Positions 23,520 through 36,544 of a stretch of 64,000 nucleotides of DNA are shown here, in pieces. The notes below the pieces were generated by a model, which searched no databases, was not told the origin of the DNA, and worked only from the letters and a program-made list of their open reading frames with translations. The position numbers and the translations under genes are program-made. The number at the start of each line of letters is the position of its first letter. The first letter of the stretch is position 1. This DNA comes from Squalus acanthias (Eukaryota). The DNA lies in assembly GCA_030390025.1 (NCBI GenBank), contig CM059432.1:1116001-1180000 (forward strand). Reading direction: 5' to 3'.

Positions 23520-25467
23520 AATTGCGCAAAGATGGGTGGCAGGTCAGAAGATTGGACAGAATATAAAAAACAGCAAAGAATGACTAAAAGATTAAGAAGG
23601 AGAGAAAAATTAGAGTACGAGAGAAAGCTAGCTAGAAATATAAAAACAGATGGTAAGAGTTTCTATAGATATTTAAAAAAGAAAAGAGTTAACAAAGTGA
23701 GCGTTGGTCCTATAAAAAGTGAGTCGGGGAATTAATAATGGAAAATAAGGAGATGGCAGTTGAATTGAACAGGTATTTTGCATCGGTCTTCACTATAGAG
23801 GATACAAGTAACATCCCAGAAATAGCTGTAAATCAGGAAATGGAAGGGAGGGAGGAACTCAAGAAAATTATAATCACCAGGGAAATGGTACTGAGCAAAT
23901 TGTTTGAGCTGCAGACTGACAAGTCCCCGGGTCCTGATGGACTTCATCCTAGGGTCTTAAAAGAAGTGGCTAGTGAGATAGTTGATGCGTTGGTTTTAAT
24001 TTTCCAAAATTCCCTAGATTCTGGGAAGGTTCCATTAGATTGGAAAATAGCGAATGTAACTCCTTTATTCAAAAAGGGAGGGAGATAGAAAGCAGGAAAC
24101 TACAGGCCAGTTAGCTTAACATCTGTCCTAGGGAAGATGTTAGAAGCTATTATTAAAGACATTATAGCAGGGCATTTAGAAAAGTTCAAAGTACAGTAAT
24201 CAGGCAGAGTCAACATGGTTTTGTGCAAGGGAAATCATGTTTAACCAATTTATTGGAGTTCTTTGAGGAAGTAACATGTGCTGTGGATAAAGGTGGATGT
24301 ACTATACTTAGATTTCCAGAAGGCATTTGATAAGGTGCCACATCAAAGGTTATTGTGGAAAATAAAAGCTCATGGTGTAGGGGTAACATATTGGCATGGA
24401 TAGAAGATTGGCTAGCTAACAGGAAACAGAGTAGGCATAAATGGGTCATTTTCTGATTGGCAAGATGTAACAAGTGGTGTGCCACAGGGATCAGTGCTGG
24501 GGCCTCAACTTTTTACAATTTATATAAATGACTTGGATGAAGGGACCGAAGGTATGGTTGCTAAATTTGCTGATGACACAGATAGGTAGGAAAGTAAATT
24601 GTGAAGAGGACATAAGGAGGCTACAAAGGGATATAGATAAGTTAAGTGAGTGGGCAAAGATCTGGCAGATGGAGTATAATGTGGGAAAATGTGAAGTTGT
24701 CCATTTTGGCAGGAAGAATAAAAAAGAAGCATATTATCTAAATGGTGAGAGATTGCAGAGGGATCTGGGTGTCCTAGTGCATGAATTGCAAAAGGTTACT
24801 ATGCAGGTACAGCAAGTAATTAGGAAAGCTAATAGAATGTTATCGTTTATTGCGAGGGGAATTGAATACAAAAGTAGGGAGGTTATGCTTCAGTTGTACA
24901 GGGCATTGGTGAGACCACATCTGGAGTACTGTGTACAGTATTGGTCTCCTCCTTATTTAAGGAAGGATGTAAATGCATTGGAGGCAGTTCAGAGAAGGTT
25001 CACTAGACTAATACCTGGAATGGGCGGGTTGTCTTATGAGGAAAGGTTGGACAGGCTATGTTTGTATCCGCTGGTGTTTAGAAGAATAAGAGGTGACTTG
25101 ATTGAAACATATAAGATCCTGAGGGGTCTGGACAGGGTGGATGTGGAGAGGATGTTTCCTCTTGTGGGAGAATCTAGAACGAGAGGTCACTGTTTAAAAA
25201 TAAGGGGTCGCCCATTTAAGACAGAGATGAGGAGAAATTTTTTCTCAGAGGGTCGTGAGTCTTTGGAACTCTCTTCCTTAGAGGGTGGTGGAAGCAGAGT
25301 CTTTGAATATTTTTAAGGCAGAGGTAGATAGATTCTTGGTAAGCAAGGGGGTGAAAAGTTATCTGGTAGGCGGGAATGTGGAGTAATCAGATCAGCCATG
25401 ATCTTATTGAATGGCGGAGCAGGCTCGAAGGGCCGAGTGGCCTACTCCTGCTCCTAATTCGTATGTT
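23520..25467 (+). mobile_element. CR1 LINE, 5'-truncated, disrupted ORF2
   Basis: [35 protein letters not shown] motifs with stops and frameshifts; CR1 tail. Confidence 0.92.
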
Positions 25468-25867
25468 GAGGTGGATTGTGCCTTTTTGGAGTGTAAATGG
25501 GATCTCAACATAAGGCCATTTGGTCTGTTCTCGTTCGTTCATAAAGAATTCAACAGTTCTATTTACTCCCTCTGTGATCCACCTCCCCCATCTCTCTTAT
25601 TTTCAAATGCCTGTTTGTCTTTGTTCTTTGTTCTGATGAAAGGTTTCATGCTCCAGGTCAATAACCGGCTTTTCCTTGTGCAGATGCTGACTGATCTGCT
25701 TTGTAGTTCCTGTATTTTATCTTTTTATTTCAGATTTCCAGCATTTGTAGTTTTATTTTATTTTCCAGCTGCATACATCTATTGGTAACCAGCGGTTTTG
25801 GTTTGACCAGCTGCTTGCTTCATGTACAGCCAAGTGCCAATTTACATAAAATTACATAGAATTTTAT

Positions 25868-26315
25868 GGGATGTGGGCGTCACTGGCAAGGCCAGCATTT
25901 ATTGCCCATCCCTAATTGCTCTTGAGAAGGTGGTGGTGAGCCGCTGCCTTGAACCGCTGCAGTCCCTGTGGTGAAGGTACTCCCACAGTGCTGTTAGGTA
26001 GGGAGTTCCAGGATATTGACCCAGCGACAATGAAGGATCGGCGATATACTTCTAAGTCAGGATGGTGAGAGACTTGGAGGGGAACTTGGAGGTGCTGGTG
26101 TTCCCATGCGCCTGCTGCCCTTGTCCTTCTAGGTGGAAGAGGTCGCGGGTTTGGGAGGTGCTGCCGAAGAAGCCTTGAAGAGTTGCTGCAGTGCATCTTG
26201 TAGATGGTACACACTGCAGCCACGGTGCGCCAGTGGTGGAGGGAGTGAATGTTTAAGGTAGTGGATGGGGTGCCAATCAAGCGAGCTGCTTTGTCCTGGA
26301 TGGTGTCGAGCTTCT
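25868..26315 (-). mobile_element. CR1-group LINE family C 3' end
   Basis: KLDTIQDKAARLIG...SWNSLPNSTVG; tail gggcaataaatgctggcc. Confidence 0.8.
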
Positions 26316-26455
26316 TTACAGCACAGAAACAGGCCATTCGGCCCCACAAGTCCATGCTGGTGTTTATGCTCCACACAAGCCTCCTCCCACCCCTCTTCAT
26401 CTAACCCTATCAGCATATCCTTCTATTCCTTTCTCCCTCATCTGCTTAACTAGAT

Positions 26456-27411
26456 CAGTGAATCTCAAAGTGGGGTCCGTAGAGACTTTCCGGGGGTCCG
26501 CGAAATAATGTGAATGGGACTCGAATGACCAGTGCTGCGATGGTGAGGGTCGGGCGCGTGCTGTTGGCTGTTATTTTTATTTCCTTTGTCCGCTCGAGTG
26601 GCACAGCCGCGAGCTCGCACACGAGAGAGCTCGATGTCCGGCTCTGGAAACTGACACGTAACCGGATTAGCGGGGCCTCGGACTGACTGAGAAGCCCAAG
26701 CAAGTCGACGAGAGGCCCCAGAAACACCGGGAACGGATTTGCAGGGCTGGGGGAGGGTAGGAAGGAGCCGCCACATCGTCTGTGTCCAAGGGCCTGGAAT
26801 GACGATCAAGCTGAGCTTTGTTCACTGAGTACAGCAGCTGGACCCGGACTCAAGCCAGTTACTGGCGGTATCCTGATGGCCGAAATGCCCCACACCAGGC
26901 AGCGTGTCAGTGATATTCCAGCGAAGACAGGCCGATAAACAGCAGAGGGGGGGGGGGGGGGGGGAGAAAAAAATCCCTGAAACACTCAGCAGCTATCCCG
27001 TGAATAGGCGGGCAGTGGAGGGTTACACCTGAAACGGTCCCAGTGTTTACAGCAGGAGCCTCCGAGCCTAACCCCACTCCAGGAAGAGCGGGGAGACGTC
27101 ATGCGGTGAAGTATTTAACAGGCATGTTGCTGAACCTGTCGGGTTACCTTTCAGCTGAAGGGAAGATAAAAGTTTTCACATCACCAAACACATCAATGTT
27201 CACTATATCGGACAGCCCTGGCCACATTTCATGCAAGTCCCTTTACATTCAAAATGGCTTCTGCAACTGAATGACAGGAAATCATTCAGAAATGTAAATG
27301 TGCAAGGAGTTTATAGTGTTATAATTTAGATTTTGTGGGGGGGGGCGAAGTCTGTGATTACTAATCCATTTGAAAAGGGGTCCTTTAACCGAAAACGTTT
27401 GAGAACCACTG
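26456..27411. mobile_element. Non-autonomous hAT (Charlie-like) element
   Basis: TIRs cagtgaatctcaaa / tttgagaaccactg. 8-bp TSD aactagat/atctagct (NTCTAGAN-like). Splits a CR1 3' end (26316-27530). Confidence 0.8.
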
Positions 27412-27723
27412 ATCTAGCTTCCCCTTAAATGCATCTACGCTATTCATCTCAACTACACCTTGTGGTAGCGAGTTCCACCTTCTCACCACTCTCAGTAAAG
27501 AAGTTTCTCAGGAATTCCTTACTTGATTTCCTGTCATTCAGTTGCAGAAGCCATTTTGAAAGTGACCTCGACCTTAAAAGAGCCTTTTTTAAACTTAAGT
27601 ACAGAACAAAGCGAGGGTCCCAGTGGGTTTTAAGTGTCTCTGCCTTGTAGTCCCATCAAAGACTAAATATACCAAGTGTGGCATCAGCAACCTCTCGTGG
27701 TATATTGCATTGCTGGATGAGTT

Positions 27724-28540
27724 ACATAGATACATAGATACATAGAAGATAGGAGCAGGAGTAGGCCATCCGGCCCTTCGAGCCTGCTCCGCCATTTAAT
27801 GAGATCATGGCTGATCCTCCAATTCAGTATCCCGTCCCCGCCTTCTCTCCGTAACCCTTAACCCCTTTTGCCTGTAGAAATATATCTAATTCCCTCTTAA
27901 ATATATTTAATGAGCTGGCGTACACTGCCCTCTGTGGCAATGAGTTCCACAGGTTCACCACCCTCTGAGTGAAGAAATTCCCCCTCATTTCTGTCCTAAA
28001 TGGTTTAGCCCTTATCCTTAAATTATGTCCTAGTTCTGTTCTCACCCGCCAAGGGAAACATTCCTTCTGCATCTAGTCTGTCTAGACCTGTCAGAATTTT
28101 ATACACTTCTATGAGGTCCCCTCTCAATCTTCTAAACTCCAGTGTGTACATCCCTAAACTACATAGTCTCTCCTCATAGGTCAATCCCGCCATTCCTGGT
28201 ATCAGCCTGGTGAATCGCCGCTGCACCCCCTCCATGGCAAGAACATCTTTCCTCAGATGAGGCGACCAAAACTGTACACAGTACTCGAGGTGTGGTCTCA
28301 CCAGTGCCCTGTACAGCTGCAGCAAGGTATCCCTGTTCCTGTATTCCAACCCTTTTGCTATGAAGGCCAGCATACCGTTTGCCTTCTTGACCGCCTGTTG
28401 CACCTGCATGCTCGCCTTCAGTGACTGGTGTACAAGAACACCCAGGTCTCTCTGTACTTCCCCCTTTCCCAATTTATTGCCATTTAAATAATAATTTGCC
28501 CTCCCGTTCCTGCACCCAAGGTGGATAACTTCGCACTTCC
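27724..28540 (-). mobile_element. CR1 LINE 3' end
   Basis: KCEVIHLG...[15 protein letters not shown]; (atctatgt)n tail. Confidence 0.9.
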
Positions 28541-29224
28541 TTCGTAAAGACTTTGAATCTTGTGCAGCTATGGGTGATATTGAATAGCTCTGCAAACTGT
28601 TATGGCTTTTTAAAAAAGTAGATCAGTAGTAGGGAGGGTAGCGCATGCTGCCTTTTTAATTAGCTTGTCTGTTTTTATTCCCACCTCTTGTCCACTGATT
28701 CATGCCAGGGTACCTGGCCCTCAAATTCCAAGTAACTCCATGCTCTTTGAATCTGTATTTCTTATTCGCAAATTGCGTCCTATTTTCAAGTTTTGCAGCT
28801 TGAGGCTTGGAAAGGACTGCTATTAGAACTGTTGATTCATTGGCGAATAAATCCTAAATCAGGATAATGAGATGTCCGCATGTGTAAGTTAATGGAACAT
28901 GGGTAGAACGTGTATGAGGCCCATGAGACTCCATGGTATGCCACGACAGTGAGTGTTGTAGGTACTTTGACTATGAATGGCTTTGCAGCCCAGCCTGATC
29001 CTGTGCTAGCCTTGCATTAGGTGTTAGCCGTGGCTCAGTGGGTAGCACTCTCGCTTCTGAGTCAGAAGGTCGTGGGATCAGAGACTGGAGGCACGAAATC
29101 TAGGCTGACTCTCCAGTTCAGTACTGAGGGAGTATTGCCCCGTCTACTCTCTCAGGTGGATATAAAAGATCCCCTTGCACTATTTCGAAGAAGAGCAGGG
29201 GTGTTATCCCTGTTGTTTGTGGCA

Positions 29225-29850
29225 GGAGTTGAAGACGATGGTTTTGATCTTCCATATTTAACTGGTGGAAATTGCAGCTTACACAAGACTGGATGTCGGC
29301 AAGCATCCTGACAACGCAGGTGGATTGAGAGGTGGTGGAGTGGTCGAGCTGGCGTCATCAACATACATGCGGGAGTTGACCCCATGTCTTCTGATGATGT
29401 CACCAAAAGGCAGCATATAGATGAGGAAGAGGAGGAGTTCAAAGATCCTTGGTGGATTCTGGAGTTAAGTGCGTGGTTGGGAAGAAATGCCGTTTCTGGA
29501 GATGCTCATGCTATGATCGGAGAGGTAAGAGTTGGAACCAAGCGAGGGTAGTCCCACTGACCTCGACAGCGGAGCAGAGGCTTTGGAGAGGATGGTGTGG
29601 TTGACCGTGTCTACGGTTGCAGATAGAACGAGGCGGGATAATGCACCATGATCAGTCACAGAGGATGTCATTCGTGACTTGGGTTAGGGCCACTTTGGTG
29701 CAGTAGCAAGAGTGGAAACCTGATTGGAGGGATTAAAATAGGGAGTTGAAGAAAAGATGGACATGGATTTGGGAGGCAACATGTTCGAGGACTTTGGAAA
29801 GGAAAGGGAGATGGGAGGTGGGACAGTAGTTTACATGGACAGAGAGTTTG
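29225..29850 (-). mobile_element. Degenerate L2 RT fragment
   Basis: Similar to 33250-33880; VDTVNHTIL motif. Confidence 0.6.
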
Positions 29851-31312
29851 TTGAGGGTGTTAATTTCTCAAATTTGTATAAAATAAGGGGAAGTCTCTCT
29901 AGTTTTGCTTTCATACAACAATTGTATAATGTGAAAACATCTATTTTGCTTAAGACTTGCAAATATATTTAAAATTCTAGCTGTGTTTGTAGCTCGCGAG
30001 CATCCACAAAGCGGTCTGGGGATGTATTGGAGTTGTATTACATTCATGAAGCAGGATATGCATGTCAAAATTTGTGCTACAACCCCTTGGACTCTGGTTA
30101 AAATACTCGCAGTACCAATATATACGTTCTGCCCTATCAAACTTGGGTTGTGTCTGCAGAGAGTATCTAGCAGTGGAATCTTTTTATCTGTCATAATGGA
30201 GTCCACTCAGCTGTGGATGAGGAAATTGGTCGATAATTGAGAGTTGCAAAATTTTGGTCCACCCATCAGAGGAAATAATTTCTCCACGAACCCTATTTAA
30301 TCCTTTTATCAGTTTTAATGGCCTTGATTAGATCACCCCTCAACCGTCAAGGGAATGCAAACCAAGTTTATGCCACCTGTCCTCATAATTTTCATAACCC
30401 ATTGAGTCCTCGTATAATTCTGGTGAATCTGCATTGTACCTCTGCCAATATATCTTTCATGAGATTTGGTGCCCAAAATTGAACACAGTACTCCAGATGT
30501 GGTCTGACAAAAACTCCACTGGAGATTGTGGGCATCGATCTCGCTACCTCTTGCATGTCAAGCGGGCGCCCTACCTCTTGAGCTAATTACCTGGACAACA
30601 ACAGCAACAACTTGTATTTATATAGCGCCTTTAACGTTGTAAAACATCCCAAGGCGTTTCACAGGAGTATTACAAGACAAAAAATTTGACACCGAGCCAC
30701 ATAAGGAGAAATATGGGCAGGTGACCAAAAGCTTGGTCAAAGAGGTAGGTCTTAAAGGAGGTAGAGAGGCGGAGAGGTTTAGGCAGGGAACTCCAGAGCT
30801 TAGGTACAATGCAAATATGCAGTTTTATTTACCCAGAAAATGCAAATAATAAAAGAAGCTATACATTGAAGTGCTGTCTTGACAAAGCTTTGCCCTAGGA
30901 ATATTTTGATGGGTAATTTGGATGGTGGAGGGTAATAGCTGTGCAGAAAAGGGCAGTTCAACTTGATGTCTTTGTTGGAAATCAGTTGTTCTCCCATTGT
31001 ATGTGGAGTTAAGTCACAGATCAACCATGATCTAATTGAATGGCGGAACAGGCTCGCGGGGCTAAATGGCCTACTCATGTTCCTATGTAAGACCTGAATT
31101 CTAATCAAGATGGAATTGTCAGTTGCAAACTGAGTCTATTGCATGTGCTGTGTAAAGCTGGCATTTAGAATTAAACTGTTAATTACATGGCAGTCCATGT
31201 ATTGTACAAGCTTTGGTTGTGTAAATCAGTTTGTCATAAAAGTGTATCGTAGTGATTTTAGTCTGTCATAGTAGTGCTAAGTGACCTTGTTCTGATACTA
31301 GCTATTCAAATT

Positions 31313-31735
31313 GTGTCAGCCGTGGCTCTGTGGGTAGCACTCTCGCCTCTGAGTCAGAAGGTTGTGGTTTCAAGTCCCACTCCAGAGTCTTGAGCACAAA
31401 AATTCTAGCCTGACACTCGCAGTGCAGTACTGAGGGAGTGCTGCACTGTCGGAGGTGCCGTCTTTCAGATGAGACGTTAAACCGAGACCCCCTCTGCTCT
31501 CTCAGGAGGACGTAAAAGATCCCACGGCACTATTTCGAAGAAGAGCAGGGGAGTTATCCCCAGTGTCCTAGCCAATATTTATCCCTCAATCAACATAACA
31601 AAAACTGTTTGTGGGAACTCGCTGTGCGCAATTGGCTGCTGTGTTTCCTACATTCAAAAGTACTTCATTGACCGTAAAGTGCTTTGGGACGTCCTGAGGT
31701 TGTGAAAGGCGCTATAGAAATGCAAGTCTTTCTCA
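31313..31735 (+). mobile_element. Deu-SINE (SacSINE1-like)
   Basis: Head, Deu domain and tail; ends ~125 nt upstream of exon 2. Confidence 0.88.
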
Positions 31736-31858
31736 TTTTCAAATTTGGTAAAGGGTATCATATGTTTAGTGTTGCATTTGCTATAGTATGAGCAGAATAT
31801 GGTACTGTCATTGTGGTGGTACTGTTTTTAATTGTATATAATTTTCATGTATTTATAG

Positions 31859-31907
31859 GAACAACAGTCCTCTGATGAGCTTTGGAGCAAGTTTTGTTAG
31901 TTTCTTG
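31859..31907 (+). CDS. TTC39C: TTC39C coding exon 2 (49 nt)
   Basis: tttatag|G acceptor. Completes R, then NNSPLMSFGASFVSFL. Donor TTG|gtgagt. Phase joins exons 1 and 3. Confidence 0.93.
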
Positions 31908-32461
31908 GTGAGTAACGTACAAATAATGTGTGTGTATTTTCTTTTGTCGATTTATAATCTGCAAATAGCAATTGATCATTAATTATTAGACCTTCCTATG
32001 CTGCAAGCTCATGAATGAAATAGTCTCAAATGCGCACATTTCTACATCAAGTATTGCATAACTATCACAATGTAAGAGAATTCGAATCCAACACCAACTA
32101 TGGTTGCAGCTAAACCGCTGATAGTGTTCGACCAAGTCTTGGCACACTCATTGTCTAAGCAGTAGTCATACAGTGAAATAAACTATATTACCCTGCTTTT
32201 TCTCAGGGTAGTGAGTTGTAACCTTAATCGATCCTTTTGTTCTTGTCTCTCTCTACAAATTGTGAAGGAAAGCTCAAGATCTTTATATGCCTCTAGTCAC
32301 GCACTGTCCCTGACGATTCATTATGGTATCAGAATTATTGTGAACAAGAATCCCAGAAATGAGGTATTTCCTGACAAAACACTAGATGGCCAACTTGCTT
32401 ACCATCTTGGGGCCCATTGCTCCGTTTCCTATCTCAATACCCTTATTAAGCATTCCTTGCC

Positions 32462-35092
32462 AACAAAACAACAACAACTTGTATTTATATAGCGACTTTA
32501 ACGTAGTAAAACGTCCTAAGGTGTTTCACAGGAGGAGTATAATACAAAAAAATTTGACACTGAGCCACATAAGGAGAAGTTAGGGCAGATGACCAAAAGC
32601 TTGGTCAGAAGTAGGTTTTAAGAACGTCTTAAAGGAGGAAAGAGAGGCGGAGAGGTTTAGGGAGGGAATTCTAGAACTTAGGGCCTAGGCAACAGAAGGC
32701 ACAGCCACCAATGGTGGAGCGATTATAATCAGGGAGGCTCAAGAGGGTAGAATTAGAGGAACGCAGATATCTCTGGGGGGTTGTGGGGCTGAGGAGATTA
32801 CAGAGATAGGGAGGGGGCGAGGCCATGGAGGGATTTGAAAACAAGGATGAGAATTTTGAAATTGAGGTGTTGCTCAACCGGGAGCCAAGCACAGGGTGAT
32901 GGGGGAATGGGACTTGGTGCGAGTTAGGACACGGACAGCCGAGTTTTGGATCACCTCAAGTTTACGTTGGGTAGAACGTGGGAGGCCAGCCAGGAGTGCG
33001 TTGGAATAGTCAAGTCTAGAGGTAACAAAGGCATAGATGTGGATTTCAGCAGTGGATGAGCTGAGGTAAGGGTGGAGACGGGCGATGTTACGGAGGTGGG
33101 AATAGGCGATCTTAGTTATACCATGGATATGTGGTTGAAAGCTCGTTTCAGGGTCAAATATGACACCAAGGTTGCGAACAGTGTGGTTCAGCCTTAGACA
33201 GATGTTGGGGAGAGGGATGAGTCAGTGGCTAGGGAATGGAGTTTGTGGCCGGGACTGAAAACAATGGCTTCGGTCTTCCCAATATTTAATTGGAGAAAAT
33301 TTCTGCTCATCCAGTACTGGATGTCGGACAAGCAGTCTGACAATTTAGATAACGTGGAGGGGTCGAGAGAAGTGGTGGTGAGGTAGAGCTGGGTGTCGTC
33401 AGCATACATGTGGAAACTGAATGTGTTTTCGGATGATGTCGCCAAGAGGCAGCATCTAGATGAGAAATAGGAGGGGGCCAAGGATAGATCATTAGGGGAC
33501 TCCAGGGGTAACGATACGGGAGTGGGAAGAGAAGCCGTTGCAGGTGATTCTCTGGTTACAATTGGATAGAGAAGAATGGAACCAGGCGAGTGCAGTCCCA
33601 CCCAGCTGGACGACAGCAGAGAGGCATTGGAGGAGGATGGAGTGGTCAACCGTGTTAAAGGCTGCAGACAAGTCAAGAAGGACGAGGAGGAATAGTTTAC
33701 CTTTGTCACAGTCACAAAGGATGCCATTTGTAACTTTGAGAGCCGTTTCAGTACTGTGGCAGGGGCGGAAATCTGATTGGAGGGATTCAAACATGGAGTT
33801 GCGGGAAAGATGGGCATGGATTTGGGTGGCGCCAACACGTTCACGGACTTTGGAGAAGAAAGGGAGGTTGGAGATAGTTTGCAAGGGCGGAGGGGTCAAG
33901 GGTTGGTTTTTTGAGGAGGTGTGATGACGGCAGATTTGAGGGGGAGGGGGTCAGTTCACGAGGAGAGAGAACCGTTAACAATGGGAGCCAGAAAAGGAAG
34001 TTGGGTGGTCAGCAGTTTGGTGGGAATAGGGTCGAGGGAGCAAGAAGTGGGTCTCATGGACAAGATGAGCGCGGAGAGGTCATGAGGGGAGATCGAAGAG
34101 AAACTGGAGAAAAATGCGAGTTCGGGGCGAGGGCCGGGGGGAACCAATCAAGGGATATGGAGATAGGGCCGGTGAATGGACTTGAGGCAGAAGATCAGCC
34201 ATGATCTCTGAGTGGCGGAGCAGGCTTGAAGGTCCGAATGGCCTACTCCTGCTCCTATTTCTTATGTTCTGAGAGGAAGTTTGGCCCGATGGGCTAGGGG
34301 AAGGAAGGGAAGTGGCAGAGGCAGCTGAGCGGATGGTTTCAATCTAGAGACAGAAGTCCATGAGCTCCTCATGCTTGTTATCGGAGGTGAGGGTGGAGGA
34401 GACAGGGGAGAGGGGTTTAAGAAGACGGTTAGCAGTAGAGAATAGGAGCCGGGGTTTATCTTTGCATTCCAGAATGATTCTGGAATAGTGAGCAATTTTG
34501 ACAGATGAGAGCAGGATCCAATAATGCTTTATGTGGTCCAGCCAGATCTGGCGGTGAATGGCTAAACCGGTTGTCCGCCATATCGTTCAAGTCTGCGATC
34601 CCTTGGACTTAAGGGAGCAAAGGTGAGGGCCATACTGGGGGAACGGCTAGGGTGAGCGAGAGAAATTGTTTTAGTAGAGACGAGGGCATCAAAAGTGGTG
34701 GTGAGGGTGTGGTTGTGCAGATCGTTAGCTGTAGAAATGTCGTGGTGACTGGAGGGCCAGAGGCTGGACAGTTGGGAATTTTGTAAGCGCTGTTGTAAGA
34801 GTTGGGAGAGTTTTTTTCCAGGGGTGGACACAGAAGGAAGTAGGGTTGGTGGGAGGAAGGGGGATGTGGGTGGAGAGCGATACGAGGAAGTGGTCAGTGA
34901 TGGCTTTATCTGCGATTGACACGATGGGAGTAGTGAGGTCACGAGAGATGGCAAGGTCAAGGAGGTGGCCATGAATATGGTTGGAGAGTTTACATTGAGG
35001 GAGGATAGGAGGCTAGTAAACTCAGAGGAGAGAGAGCATGATGAATTGAGATGGAGGTTGAAATCACCGAGGATGAGAAGTCATTCGGTGAC
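32462..35092 (-). mobile_element. L2 LINE, ~2.6 kb, disrupted ORF2; CR1 tail inserted at ~34147-34271
   Basis: LLDLSAAFNTVDH, HMYADDTQLY and LQLNIGKTE motifs, APE remnants and (caa)n tail. Confidence 0.9.
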
Positions 35093-35293
35093 CCTCTCCT
35101 TGCTGACAAAGCTCTTTCTTTCGACATGTGATCCATACCTTGAATCATCCTTAACCAACTCATTATTTCTAGCTACAGTACAAGTCTACAAGCTATAAGA
35201 CAAAAGAAAGCAAAACCTTAATCATATGAGATTAAACCTAATCCTACTTGTATATGTATACAAGAATAGGGTATCTTGCAACATGCACTTTAT

Positions 35294-36200
35294 AAGAACA
35301 TAAGAAATAGGAGCAGGAGTAGGCCAATCGGCCCCTCGAGCCTGCTCCGCCATTCAATAAGATCATGGCTGATCTGATCCTAACCGCCAATCTACTATCA
35401 CAGAACCATCTCCTGCATCTAACAGAATTGCACACACGAAATAGGAGCAGAATCAGGCTACACGGTCCCTGGGCCCGCTCCACTACCCACAGGGCCATGA
35501 CCGATCCGAACCTAGACTCATGTCCAAATTCCTGCCCGCTCCCCGTAACCCTTAATGCCCTTTACTTCTCGGAAACTGTCTATTTCTGTTTTAAATTTAT
35601 TTAATGATGTAGCTTCTACAGCTTTTTGTGGCAGCATATTCCATGGACCTACCACCCTCTGAGTGAAGTAGTTCCTCCTCATCTCAGTTTTGAAAGAGCA
35701 GCCCCTTATTCTAAGACTATGTCCCCTAGTTCTAGTCTCACCCGTCATCGGGAACATCCTCCCCGCATCCACCCGATCCAACCCCTTCACAATCTTATAT
35801 GTTTCAATAAGATCGCCTCTCATTCTTCTGAACTCCAATGAGTAGAGTCCCAATCTACCCAACCTCTCCTCATATGACCACCCCCTCATCCCCGGGATTA
35901 ACCGAGTGAACCTTTTTTGCACTGCCTCGAGAGCAAGGATGTCTTTCCTTAAGTAAGGACACCAAAACTGTATGCAGTATTCCAGGTGCGGTCTCACCAA
36001 TACCTTGTACAACTGAAGCAATACCTCCCTATTTTTATATTCTATCCCCCAGCAATGAAAGCCAACATTCCATTTGCCTTCTTAATCACTTGCTGCACCT
36101 GCATACTAACCTTTTGAGTTTCGTGCACCAGGACCCCCAGATCCCTTTGCACTTCAGTACTCTCCAGTTTCTTGCCATTAAGATAATAAATTGCTCTAGG
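35294..36200 (-). mobile_element. CR1 LINE 3' end with duplicated terminal region
   Basis: Open ORF2 C-terminus (35518-36021) followed by two tandem tail modules. Confidence 0.9.
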
Positions 36201-36544
36201 ATTATATGGCTGGTTCTGTATTCTGTTCTTGACCAGTTGGACATTCATTGCTGTGCTGCAGTATAAAATAAATCATCTTTGTTAGAAATCTTTTGGGATA
36301 AAGGTATGCTTCATTGTAGGTTGAGTGGTGGGTAATTGTACAACATGGAGCAATAATGTATAATTTACCCTAATATAATTCATGATAATTGCTTTGTTAT
36401 CTAGATCAAGAATTGAAGTTTATTGTCCAACAAATAAGTTTCCTTCTGAAAGTATAGTTTAACTTACAGCCAAACAATTCAGTGGAAAATTTTGCAACTG
36501 GAATCTTATCAAAAGCTATTTTCTACAATTGGGAATAACACTAA

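Noticed and set aside
24528..25316. 262-aa ORF, and similar ORFs at 28023, 35518, 54777 and 55866
   Set aside because: Fragments of CR1 or L2 ORF2, not independent genes.
25590..25760. Hammerhead in a degenerate PLE-A terminus (ctgatgaaagg)
   Set aside because: Stem II and the GAAA half of the core are lost.
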